DNA of 64,000 nucleotides from Octopus vulgaris (lineage: Eukaryota): assembly GCA_951406725.2 (NCBI GenBank), contig OX597816.1:113708001-113772000 (forward strand), written 5' to 3'. Below, piece by piece: positions 1 through 11,390 of this stretch (position 1 is its first letter; each line of letters opens with the position of its first letter). Made by a program: the position numbers and the translations under genes. The notes beneath the pieces are model-generated. The model saw only the letters and a list, made by a program, of their open reading frames with translations. It did no database searches and had not been told where the DNA came from.

Positions 1-199
1 AAAATATGCATATACATATGTGTGTGTGTAATGAAAGTATTTGTGTCACTTAAAAGTGTTAGACTTACTGAATCCTTTATTTGGTTAATGTTTTATGCAT
101 ATAAAACACATACTTTTTCAAGTAAGCCTCACCCATCCCAGCCACACACATTACACATACACGCATACACAAACACATGCACACACATATATATATACA

Positions 200-237
<38 letters not shown>

Positions 238-657
238 GTTAAAATTTACAGAAAGCAAAGGATGAAGACAGGTGAAGGAACAACAACAGGAAGAATGGAA
301 AAGCCTTTGATGTTTTGAGCTTATGCTCTTCAACAGAGAAGATTGAGAGGAAAAACAGAGAAAATAAAATGGAGAGAGAACGAAAAAAATCTGAGAGAGA
401 AAAAAACGTGTAAGGATTAATGGTCCAACATGATGAAATGTATGTATGTATGTATGTATGGACAGTTTTAACCCTTGAGAGCATGAAAAAGAGATGTTAA
501 ATGATGATGATGATGATAAATAGTCATTGGAATACATTTATATTCATGAATAATATAATGAAATATTTATTGTTATCAAAATTAGCAGGTCACAAGCATA
601 TTAAAATATGACATTTCAAATTACTCCTCTTGTTCGAAACAAAGCCTAAAATATTGA

Positions 658-866
658 TTTCAAATTTTGGCACAAGGCCAGCAATTTCAGGGGAGGGGTA
701 AGTCAATTACATCGACCCCAGTGCTCAACTGGCACTTGTTTTATTGACCCTGAAATGATGAAATGCAAAGTCAACCTCAGCAAAATTTGAACTCAGAATG
801 TGAAGACATACAGAATGTTGTTATGCATTTTGCCCAGCATGCTAATGCTTCTGCCAGCTCACTGCC
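658..866 (-). mobile_element. tRNA-derived SINE, group B, tail type B1
   Basis: Reverse strand reads ggcagtgagctggcagaagcattagc (A-box-like head), then ttctgagttcaaatt (B box), then ggccttgtgccaaaatttgaaa. Homologous copies at 20457, 47147 and 54086. Confidence 0.85.
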
Positions 867-929
867 CTAACAAAGCTGAAGATATTACCTATAAAATTTT
901 TATGTAAATCACAAAATTGTAATAATCAC

Positions 930-1036
930 CATATATACATACACACTTTACTCCACACAAGGACACATATGGAGACACGGGTCCACACATATAGAAATGC
1001 ACATCCATACATACAAACATGGTACATAGTTGCAAA

Positions 1037-1069
<33 letters not shown>

Positions 1070-1335
1070 AGGAGACAGAGGTGCATACATATACAGACAC
1101 ATGCTCACACACACATACATAGAAAATACACAAACATGGACATGCAAACACATGAATATGCAGAATACATACACAAAGATGCACACACATACATACATAC
1201 ATACATACATATGCATACACACACATATATATACATACATACACATGCATACATACATACATGCATACGTACATACACACATTCATGCATAGGCACACAT
1301 ACACACACTGACCCACATACATGCACCCAAACAAA
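930..1335. repeat. Compound (CA)n/(CATA)n microsatellite field
   Basis: Directly visible. It produces the overlapping THTH/VCVC ORFs. Confidence 0.9.
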
Positions 1336-1733
1336 CAAAAAGGAATGCAGTGTAAATAATGGATAGAGTCAAGACTATTGAAAAGGTTGCAAGATGCAAC
1401 GAAAATTTTAGGAAAATAAAAATAAGAAATAAGTGGAAATTTTACCGGTGACTGTGTTAAATTATAAGGCACAAAAAGAAAATGACTCTCCCCAGACACA
1501 ACAGAAAATGCTTCAACACACGAACTCATATAAAGAATCTTGCAAACCAAATCCAAAAACGATATATATATATGAGCCTTATACTAATACATCTGTTTGT
1601 TTTGTACACCACCTGTCTTTGTCTTTTGTTTTTTCGTAAACTCTCTCCCTATGAATATGTATATATTTATTTATATACATGTATATATATACATATGTAC
1701 ATATATATTTATATACATACAGACACACACGCG

Positions 1734-1768
<35 letters not shown>

Positions 1769-2339
1769 GTATGTATATATAAAGAGACAGATAGACACTG
1801 AGAATAAAATTTAAATGGTTTAATTAGGTAAACTGAAGTGATCCAAAAGTGCTTCCCTTATGAAATAGTAAATCTGATTCAACTAAGCTGTAATTAATAA
1901 CTATCTGAAATGACATTATTAATCATGTGTGTGAGTGTGTGTGTCTGTGTGTGTGTGTGTGCATATGTGCTTGTGCATATGTGCATGTGTTTGTGTGTAT
2001 GTGTGTGTGTATAAGTGTGCACATATAATGAAAAAAATTCTGGTTTTGTGATTAACCTTTTATTTTTCATAATTATTTTAACCGTGATTATTCCATTCCA
2101 TAAACAACATTGCCATAAGAATTTCCTCGGAGAATTTGTGAACTTATTTACTTCAATTAATAATTACTGAAGAGATTTTATGCAACTTTTAATACAGCTA
2201 TCATTATAGCGAACTAAATATATTTCTTTATTATATTCAAGGAAATTATTTTACTATTAAAAATTACAGATTAATCTTTTATCATGACAAAACGTATAAT
2301 ACTTTGGTATTGGTTATTTGAATTATTAGTTAAAAGAAA

Positions 2340-2575
2340 CCATCATCACCACCACCATCACCGCTACAACCATCCTCCTCCTCCTCTTCCTTCTTCTCCT
2401 CCTCCTCCTCCTCATCACCCCCTCTCATCATCATTATCATCATCACCATCATCATCTTCGTCACCATCTTCGTCGTCATCATCATCATCGTCATCGTCAT
2501 GATTATCCTCCTCATTTTTATTGTTGCTGTCGCCACCATCACTGCTACTTCCTCAACAACCATCATCATCATTAT
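2340..2575. repeat. Compound trinucleotide microsatellite (CAT/CAC/CCT/CGT)n
   Basis: Directly visible runs. They produce poly-H/P/S ORFs. Confidence 0.9.
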
Positions 2576-2697
2576 TACAATTGAACAGGACAGATACAGT
2601 TATAAGCATAAACAATTACAATTTGAAAATCACACAAGAAAAAAAAGAAAGTAAAAATACACATTTAAATGACAATAAAAAAGCACTACTTCCAGTA

Positions 2698-3038
2698 AGG
2701 TGAATGGCTTAGTGGTTAGGGAGTTTGGCTCACGATTGTAAGGTCCTGAGTTCAATTCCCAGCAGCACATTGTGTCCTTGAGCAAGACACTTTATTTCAT
2801 GTTACTCCAGTCCACTCAGCTGGCAAAAATGAGTTGTACCTGTATTTCAAAGGGCTAGCTTTGTTACACTCTCTGTCATGCTGAATCTTCTTGAGAACTA
2901 CGTTAAGGATACACATGTTTGTGGAGTGCTCAACCTCAGGCATGTTAATTTCATGAACAGCTGTTAATTTCCAATCAACTGCTCTGTTGATCTCATCAAT
3001 CGGAACCCTCATCATCATAACCGACAGAGTTCCAGTAC
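2698..3038 (+). mobile_element. tRNA-derived SINE, group C
   Basis: A box tggcttagtgg, B box gagttcaattcc, central tgtgtccttgagcaagacactttatttca...ccactcagctgg. Flanked by ttccagta on both sides (probable TSD). Confidence 0.85.
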
Positions 3039-3915
3039 CTCCAGTAACAATAACAACAACAACACATATTTTCTTGATATTGTGAATTATAAAAGTTACT
3101 ACACACAGATCTATGCAAAAAAACATATGTGAGTGTATCTTTGCTTGGGGAATGTGATTAAGAAAGGGCAAAAGTACTGAGAATGGTAAAAACTTGTGGG
3201 ATTGTCTGCATTACTGTCAGAACTGAAGAATCAGTAAAAACACAGGTTGAAATAGTTGGGAATGCATCACCTGGTATCTGGTCGATGTACTCCAGTATCT
3301 GGGACAAAGAACTACAATGGTGTCAATGGGGATGATTTGGACCCTTGACTCTCAATTACTTATGTATCATAGTATTGATGGGTAGTTATTGCTGGGTTGA
3401 CAAAAGGCAACATATGATCAAGAGAGATCAAAATGGATTTGCAAGTCTCAATGATCCCTGAAAGCCAAATGCCACACAAAACTGTGCACAGTGAAGAGCG
3501 CTGAGACTAGTGGTGCAAGGCAAAAAGTGTATTATTTGAAGATTTTATGCCTTGATGGACATTAAAAGCTAGAAAAGTGGGAAAAAGAAGAAGCAATGTA
3601 GGGCAGTTGAGGCAGTAATGAGGTTAGTTGGCCCCCAGTGTTTGGTGAAATATTAGTCACAGCTTCAGAAATGGCCATGAAGTCTACAAGTAAGCATATA
3701 AGCTCCAATCCCACTTCCAACACAGTCACTTTGTCTTTTTATGAGGAAGGAGAGATAATAACTGCAGAAGAAAGGTTTGAATTACTAGGAGAAAACAAAA
3801 GGAAGGAGGAGATAGAATTCACAAAAAGAGAGTGAATATCAACAACCCCTGCCAATGACAAAAATATGCGAGGACAATCACTTTTCTGGAAACAGCAAAA
3901 TGCCTCCTCTCAGAA

Positions 3916-3947
<32 letters not shown>

Positions 3948-3983
3948 GAGAGAGAGAGAAAGATTAAAGTGTGCATATGCCAC

Positions 3984-4031
<48 letters not shown>

Positions 4032-4190
4032 TGCAGCACGAAGTTATATATATATATATATATATTACAGCAATTTAGATTCAAATGAATATGGCATTTA
4101 ATTTAGATGCACCAGAATTTTTTATGGTTTTACCCATAAAAATATGCGGGGTGATTATAATCAAAAATAAGTAACAAGAATGAATCCGGT

Positions 4191-4280
4191 AATTTAGTAC
4201 AATTGTTTCATACTACAACATTTTATTAAAAGCTGTAAATATTACAGCAGATTAAGATGCTGAGTAATCTTCAGCTAATT
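4191..4280 (-). ncRNA. Type I hammerhead-ribozyme-like motif (Penelope/retrozyme type) with extended helix II
   Basis: Minus strand: aattag-CUGAAGA-u-[uacucagcau...auguuguagua]-u-GAAAC-aauu-GUA-cuaaauu. Helix III is the palindrome ACAAUUGU. The 10.1-11.1 position is a U-U mismatch. Confidence 0.6.
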
Positions 4281-4726
4281 TCATATAGGTTTTCCAATAA
4301 TATAAAGTTCTCAAATCAATTAATAACATCTTAGGGAAGGTAAATATACAGGTAAAGATGTAGATATGAATCTTAGGAACATGAGGTAGGGTAGTTTAGA
4401 TGCCAATTGAACAAAACCTTGTTTACAACTGACAGTTGTAAGAAAATTTCTTTAGTTATAAGGATAGGGGTAAGGGCAGGTCAAGGATTCAAGTTAGTTG
4501 AAGAAAAGAAGAGGAAAATTCAGATGTAAAAGAACAGATTGTCACTAGAACAAAGGGTCAATTTATTTATGTGGTGACAAAAAAATTTAGGTCAGTGTAG
4601 AAAGATCATTAAATTCTAAGGAACATATGAGGTAGTAGGTCAGCTACTAAACTGACCAAACCCTACTTTCAACTGAAAGCCATCAGAATTTTTTAGTAGG
4701 AATTTAGGTAAGGAGATGTGATATAT

Positions 4727-5302
4727 AAAATTACAAAACAGGACAAGAATGCAAAACATCCAGACAGGTAGGTGATACAAGAAAGGGACAACAAAGTATA
4801 GACGATACAAAGATAGACGATACAAAGAAAACAAGAACGGGTCATTTGGAGTTTTCTTTCCTCAGTTGAGTTCCAGATTATCTTTGCAATTTCAGCTGGT
4901 TATACTCGAGATTGCTCCAATCTGGCCAGCTCCAAGGAAAAACTAACCTAAGAGCATTAGATTCCTTGGAAGAAAGCAGCAAATGTATATGAAAACAAGG
5001 ACAGAAAATAACGGGGTAAGTTACACAAAAACAAACAACAGGACATAACAACAGGTGTCTTTCAACTAAGGATGAATTAAATTAAGCTGGTGTGTGTGGA
5101 AGTAAAGCCTTACAGCAGGGTTACAAGATTTCACAGGCACAGGGAAAAATATAGATGTTGCACGGACTGTGGCTGAACCAAGAAAGAAAGGTCAGGCTTG
5201 GCCGAATATCGGTCATGTGGCTCCCCATGTGACCGGTGTATCATGTTTGTATCATCTATCTGGATGTTTTGCATTCTTGTCCCATCTCATTTTGTATTTT
5301 AA
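4727..5302. mobile_element. ~580-bp non-coding element with terminal inverted repeats (MITE-like, or Penelope-derived)
   Basis: ggacaagaatgcaaaacatccaga (4741-4764) is the exact reverse complement of 5259-5282. Imperfect pairing extends to ~45 bp. Both ends abut (TA)n. Confidence 0.65.
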
Positions 5303-5336
5303 TATATATATAGATATAGATATAGATACGTATATG

Positions 5337-5390
<54 letters not shown>

Positions 5391-5406
5391 CACACATATA
5401 TATATG

Positions 5407-5448
<42 letters not shown>

Positions 5449-5489
5449 TGCATATTGCTTGTTATTTACTTTTAAATTTCACCTTAATA

Positions 5490-6055
5490 TTGGGTTGTTC
5501 GGAAAGTTCGTGCCGATTTATAGTAGCTTTCCTTTTGACTTATTTTAGAACATGGTTGAGTCCATAAAATAGGATTCAACTACACTTCCATTTAGACCAC
5601 AGTTTAAGCTACATTTTCATGGATGAAGATTTATGTTCCTATAACCTGTGTTAATTCTGTAACCCTTTAAAATGGAAAATAAGAAAGTTCATTTTTGGCA
5701 CTTGATGCTTTGGGAACCAGACAAAAATTGTTGCAGCTCGACTGGGATGTGTTACCCCACCCTCTATATTCACCAGATATTGCTCCTTCGGATTTCCAAT
5801 TATTCAGGTCTCTGCAGAATAGTCTTAATGGTAAAAATTTCAATTCCTTGGATGACGTAAAAAGATACCTTGATGAATTCTTTGCCATGAAACCACCTTA
5901 ATTCTGAGAAGAGAGTATTTTCAAGTTAAAGGAAAGATGGAGATGCATCGTGCAACAAAATGGTTCATATTTAGTTGATTAAAAATGTAATGGCAAGTAT
6001 TTATTGACCTTTTTCTTTCCTTTAAAAATCAGAACGAACTTTCCGGACAACCCAA
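5490..6055 (+). mobile_element. Internally deleted mariner transposon
   Basis: TA|ttgggttgttcggaaagttcgt ... acgaact-like ttccggacaacccaa|TA TIRs. N-terminus MENKKVHFWHLML joined to C-terminal HPLYSPDIAPSDFQLF (mariner YSPDLAPSD motif). Confidence 0.92.
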
Positions 6056-6647
6056 TAATTTAACCTACATCATCATCTTCTGTGGCCAAAAGAAAAAAAA
6101 AACATCATTGTTGTTTTCATCATCATCATCACCACCAGCACCACCTCCACCTCTGCAGCCACTGCAACTTCCACCAGTGCTACCACAACAACTACTGCAG
6201 CTGCTACCACCACCACCACCACCATTGTTATCATTATTCTCATGATCACTATAGTTTCTTATCAATCCACAGCCAGCCTACTAAACTTCTAATTAATATC
6301 AACAGCCTTGAAATCAGTTTTCTTTGTTCATCATAGCAAGGACAAAGAGAAAGAAAAATTGCATAAAGAAATCCTTTATCTTAATCTTGGAAGATATTTA
6401 AATCAGTTGTATTGATAATCTCATTCAAAAAAAGATTTTTGTCAAGCAGTCTATTTTCTGTCAGCCAGTACCTCATTGGAATATGGTAAAGTAATCAACT
6501 AACTTTTTGTTATTATATGGAAAATATATTTCTGTTGAAAATTTCTACAGAAAATATATCAATATATAGCAAAGTTCTATCTGTCTGTCTCTTTCTCTCT
6601 CCATACACACACATACATACACACACACATATTTATTATTCTTATAC

Positions 6648-6867
6648 AAGAATGTTGTTGACAGTGACTTCGAAGTTTAGACAGCTAAGCCATTATTGGA
6701 CCATAGCCCCAAATTCATTCAATGGGAAACCTTTTCTGGAACACCTTTCCATAAGAACCTAATTACCACTCCACTCAAACCCACACACCCAAAGATGATT
6801 TTAACACAACAGAGACTATATGAAGGCAGGCCGATGAAACTTTGAAGTCACTGTCAACAACATTCTT
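6648..6867. mobile_element. 220-bp MITE-like element with 31-bp inverted repeats
   Basis: aagaatgttgttgacagtgacttcgaagttt (6648-6678) matches the reverse complement of 6837-6867 at 30/31 positions. The right flank is an RTE (CAT)n tail. Confidence 0.7.
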
Positions 6868-8868
6868 CATCATCATTATCATCATCATCGTTTTATGTCC
6901 GCTTTCCATGTTGGCATGAGTTGGACGGTTTGACTGAGGACTGGTGAGCCAGAGGCTGCACCAGGCTCAATCTGATCTGGCAAAGTTTCTACAGCTGGAT
7001 GCCCTTCTTAAAGCCAACCACTCTGAGAGTGTAGTGGGTGCTTTTACATGCATGAGGGCTAGTCAGGTGGTTCTGCCAATGACCACGCTCAAAAGGTGTT
7101 TTTGTGTCCTACCTGCATGGGAGCCAGTCTGGTGGCACTGGCAACGACCGTGCTCAAATATTGTTTTTCACGTGCCCATAAAGCGACACTGGCAATGATC
7201 ACACTCGAATAGTGCTTTTCACATGTCACTGGCATGGGAGCCAATCTATGGCTCTAGCAATGATCATGCTCAAATGTGCTTTTAATGTTCCACTGGCACG
7301 AGTGCCAATCAGGTGGTACTGTCATCAGCCACATCACTAATTTTGATTTGTTTACACTTGCCTCAATAGGTCTTCACAAACAAAGTTCATTGTCCAATAA
7401 ATGAGGGGAACTCATAAGTGGGCTGGTTGCACCCCACATTTGGATGTGCTTTTAACATTCCACTGGCACAAGTGCCATTCAGGTGGTACTGTCATCAGCC
7501 ACGTCAGCAATTTTGACTTTGATTTCAATTGCCTCAATAGGTCTTCACACGCAAGGTTTATTGTCCAATGAATGAGGGGTATTCATAAATGGGCTGGTTA
7601 CACCCACTGGCATAGGACATGGGCTATGGTCTCACTTGGCTTGTTGGGTCTTCTCAAGCACAGCATATCTTCACAGTTCCCGGTCACTAGTCATTGCTTT
7701 GGTAAGGCTCAATGTTTGAAGGTCGTGCTTCACCATCTCATCCCAGATTTTCCTGGGTCTCTCTCTTCCACAGGTTCCCTCAACAGCTGGGGTGTGACAC
7801 TTTTTCACACAGCTGTCCTCATCCATTCACAACACATGACCATACCAGGGCAGTCGTCTCTCTTGCGCACCATATCTGATGCTTCTTAAATCCAACTTTT
7901 CTCTCAGGGCACTTACACTCTGTCGTGTATGCACACTGATATTATACAACCTTTCATAGTGGCATCTCCAAACCTCTCCCTTTGCAGCCTCGTTTAATGC
8001 AAGTGAACCATCATCCATGCGAACACATTTCTCTCCTACGACATCATGATTCTCTCTCACACACTGTCTCGCAACATGAAATACCTCAAGTCTTTGGTCT
8101 TTACAGCACAGAACACTGGCAAATTTTTTCTTATCTGATTCCCTTCTGGCTAAATAAACCTGTCTCCTAGCCTCCCTTCTGGCAGTCTGATACAATTCCC
8201 AGCTGCCGCCATTCTTTGAGTCCTTCCAAGCCTGTTTCTTTTCCCTAATAGCCCTGTCAACAATATTATTCCACCACCACGTTACCTTGGGTCAAGAGGG
8301 GATTTTGCACCATCCACAGATCTGGTCAGTGGCCCTCAGCAGGTTGTCTTGTAGAAACTTTCAGTTGTCTTCCACATCATGTGATGCTATATCCCCTTCT
8401 ATTTCGTCAAAGGCTTCGAGTAATACGTCTCTAAATCTCAGTCCATTCGCAGGACTTTTAAGCTTCCAGACCCTTCTCCTCCATGCTGGTCATCTTCTGA
8501 GCACCCATTTAGCCCTGATCCTGAAATTGCTAACTACTAGTCTATGTTGTGGGGTACATTCTTCACCTGGGAAGGTTTTAGCATTTATAAGCAGCCATCT
8601 TTCCCTTTTTCTGGTGAGGATGTAGTCAATTTAGCTAGTCTGCCAGAACGGTAGGTGACTAGGTGACTGGCAGGTTTCCTGAAGTTAGTATTGCAAACCA
8701 TAAGACCATAAGATCATTTGCATTGCAGAACTCTAGCAGCCTGGTTCTCTCCTCATTGCGGGAATGAAAACCATAGCCTCCATGTACTCCACGGAAGCCC
8801 CCTGCATGCTGTCCAACATGTCCATTGAAGTCACCAGCCACAAAGAGAAGACCCCTGTCATTCATCAG
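6868..8868 (-). mobile_element. RTE-clade LINE, decayed, with APE endonuclease and 3' end present and RT core deleted
   Basis: VAGDFNGHVG...GGYG...RNEE..RLLEFC (APE) at 8700-8860. C-terminal ERRLPWYGHVL. 3'UTR ends in (GAT)n. Confidence 0.9.
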
Positions 8869-8869
8869 T

Positions 8870-10150
8870 GAGGCAATCTGCAAGGTGTCATAAAATCAGT
8901 CTTTCTGTCCATAAGAAAGTCTCTCATCCTTGGAACTTTCCAGCAAGTCCTCAGAACTTTCCAGGAAGTGTAATCCGCAGAACTTTCAATGGAGTCCTCA
9001 GAATTTTCCAGGAAATCTCTCATCCTCGGAATTTTCCAAGAAGACTCATCTTCGGGACTTTCCAGGAAGTCCTCAGAATTTTCCAGGAAGTCCCCAGAAT
9101 TTTCCAGGAAGTCATCGAACTTGGGAGTGCCATTCCATTGACTTTGCAGGTCTCCTGCCATCTACCACACAATACTGCTACTTACTGATAATAGTCAATG
9201 AGTACTCAAGGTACCCATTCACATATCCATGCAAAGACATGAGTACTGAAACAGTAATTTTCCATCTGCTCAACCTATCTTCATTGTTTGGATCACCAAG
9301 TTGTATCCATTATGACAGAGGAACCCAATTTGATAATAAGAAGCTCCAGGACTTCCTTCACACTAACTGGACAATAAAAACTAGAATATCTCCCTATCGA
9401 TCTCAAGGCAATGGCCTATGTGAAAAACCAATGGTACCCCCATGAAGACCATAAATCTAGCACTTAGCTCACTATAACTAGATAAAAGACAATGATTGAC
9501 AGTCCTTCCCATGACACTACTAACCATGAGAGGACTCCTCTGTACAGCTACCAACACAACCCCTCATGAGCAAATGTTTAAATTTTCAAGATCATCAACA
9601 GTGGGAACCATTCTACCTGAATTCCTCCAGAATACCAGAAACAAAATACTACATTGTCAACACCTGAGAAATAAGGTGGATCCACTTATAGAAAATGTCA
9701 AATTGTTAGAGACAATTTCTCCTCACGTTCCATGCGTACAATTTGGAAATGGATCAATAGATACAGTGTCAACACACAATCTTGCTTCAGCAGGACAATC
9801 TTTCAATCAAGGAAGCAAAGATAACACACAAACACAATCAGGGCTAACAACACAAACAGAGTTTGATACAGAACAACAAAATCTACAAATAATAAATCAA
9901 CAAGGAACCGACCCCAACAGTACACCAATAGAAGTAATGTGTTGATAAAGAAATGGAGCTCACAGTCTGACACCTCAAAACATGAGCAGATTAGCAACTC
10001 ATGAAGAGTGCCTGAATGAGAATAATACAGGTAACAAAACTTGCGAAGAATACCTGAATGAGAATAACACAGGTAACAAAATGCCAACTATTCAAGGACA
10101 AAAAGAGATGAGAAAACTGAGATCAGGATGAATTATCAAGACACCTTTTT
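8870..10150 (+). pseudogene. Gypsy-type (rve/DDE) integrase relic, no LTR recognised
   Basis: WECHSIDFAG..YLLIIVNEYSRYPF..IHYDRGTQF..SPYRSQGNGLCE, then LLCTATNTTPHEQMF..DPLIENVKLLE..DTVSTHNLA. Frameshifts and stops are present. Confidence 0.85.
8920..9113 (+). repeat. 21-bp minisatellite (ccaggaagtcctcagaatttt)
   Basis: Repeated and partly degenerate units that translate as (PGSPQNF)n. Confidence 0.85.
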
Positions 10151-10824
10151 TATTCGAAGGACTATATGTTTTGAATCCAGAACCCATGCTGGATTGGTTT
10201 GGGGCTGGGTTAACATCAAAGAGTGGACAGGCCTTAGTTTTTCTGATTCACAGATGGCAGCAGAAGACCAAGATAAGTGGTGAAACCTAGTTGTGACATC
10301 ATTAATGACTACACAGTCAAGGGATAGGAAGGTGTGAAGATATATCGATGTCTTCTTCTTTGATCATGCTGCTTTCTTGGATTCCCATGACTCTCTGTTG
10401 CCATTCATTTCCATTATTATGAATTCGAATTGGGAGCTTGAGTCATTGTGAACCTTTCAGTAGTTGATTATACAACCATGGACACTGCCCCTATGGATGA
10501 TTTACAGTTACTCTCTTGACAGTCCTTGGTAATCTTGATCATTGGTCTAGGATTCCTCTGCTCAGCATCAATGTAAGAAGCATTGTTGGCTCAATTGAAC
10601 TCTTCTGCTACCTCTTCACAATCCTCCATGCTGTAGTCCCATGAATTTGCCATATCCCTGACAGGTATGGCTGAATGGGTGCTATACCTTGCAAAAAGGC
10701 AACCCATAACTATACAGGGTGTGGCTGTCACTTCTTGATATTTTCAAAATATCTGCATCCCCATATCTATTAATGTAAGCCATCAATAAACAGTAGTTCC
10801 AGTGTTATATACTTCTGCTTAAAT

Positions 10825-11173
10825 CAAAGGTTCTCAACCATTTTTTACCTATGGACCTCTTTGATTACTGTTTTATTCCAGTGGACCTCCATAACCATTC
10901 TATGTCTAAAAACTAGTTTCATAGAAACTTCTTTCAAAATTCCTGTTTTACTTTTCACACATTATCTTGAGTAGGTTGCACTTTATAAAATTTTAGAGAA
11001 AGAAACCAAGCTGTTTCTTGCAGTACATACCAATAAATACATCGAAAGCAAAATTTTTTCAGGGCTCCTTAAAATACTATTGTGGATCCCAGATTTATTA
11101 TTTTGTCATGTGGACCACCAAAAATCTTATATGGATCCTCAGAGGTTATATGGACCCCAGTTGAGAACGACTG
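10825..11173. mobile_element. hAT-type MITE
   Basis: TIRs caaaggttctcaac / gttgagaacgactg. Degenerate 8-bp TSD gcttaaat/gtttgaat. Second copy at 39924. Confidence 0.8.
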
Positions 11174-11184
11174 GTTTGAATAAA

Positions 11185-11390
11185 TATATTTTTTTAAGCC
11201 CCAGGACAGACTTCCCTAAGCAGACTTATGATCAAAGGCTCTCCAGTAGTGACCACTCCATAGTTTTAATACAGTCATGCAAACATTATCTTATGTGACC
11301 TTCTTTATATTTTTGAGACAAGATGGTGTGACTTAAAGGAGTTTTGGCTGCTATGTCTACCAAATAAGATGACCACATAAAGACTCTTTT
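11185..11390 (-). repeat. Old dispersed repeat (motif tgctagaaatagcagccaaatct)
   Basis: Diverged copies of the motif near 38500-38560, 41090-41140, 46800-46860 and 52260-52350. Confidence 0.5.

Noticed and set aside
22-2703. Many overlapping ORFs rich in TH, VC, YI, poly-H and poly-S
   Set aside because: They are stop-free translations of (CA)n, (TA)n and trinucleotide microsatellites. The same applies to similar ORFs throughout the window.
2698-2770. tRNA-like sequences with A and B boxes (also 13834, 22858, 26339 and others)
   Set aside because: They continue into SINE bodies with TSDs and lack complete cloverleaves, so they are SINE heads rather than tRNA genes.
3130-3900. Possible LINE ORF1 relic on the minus strand
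   Set aside because: Only a vague Cys/FG pattern is visible, too decayed to support a call.
8920-9113. Regularly spaced repeats resembling a CRISPR array (also 48614-48797)
   Set aside because: The units are head-to-tail without unique spacers, there are no cas genes, and the context is eukaryotic transposon DNA.
10150-10810. Moderate-GC stretch after the integrase, considered as LTR or gag
   Set aside because: No polypurine tract, TG..CA ends, second copy or recognisable protein motif.
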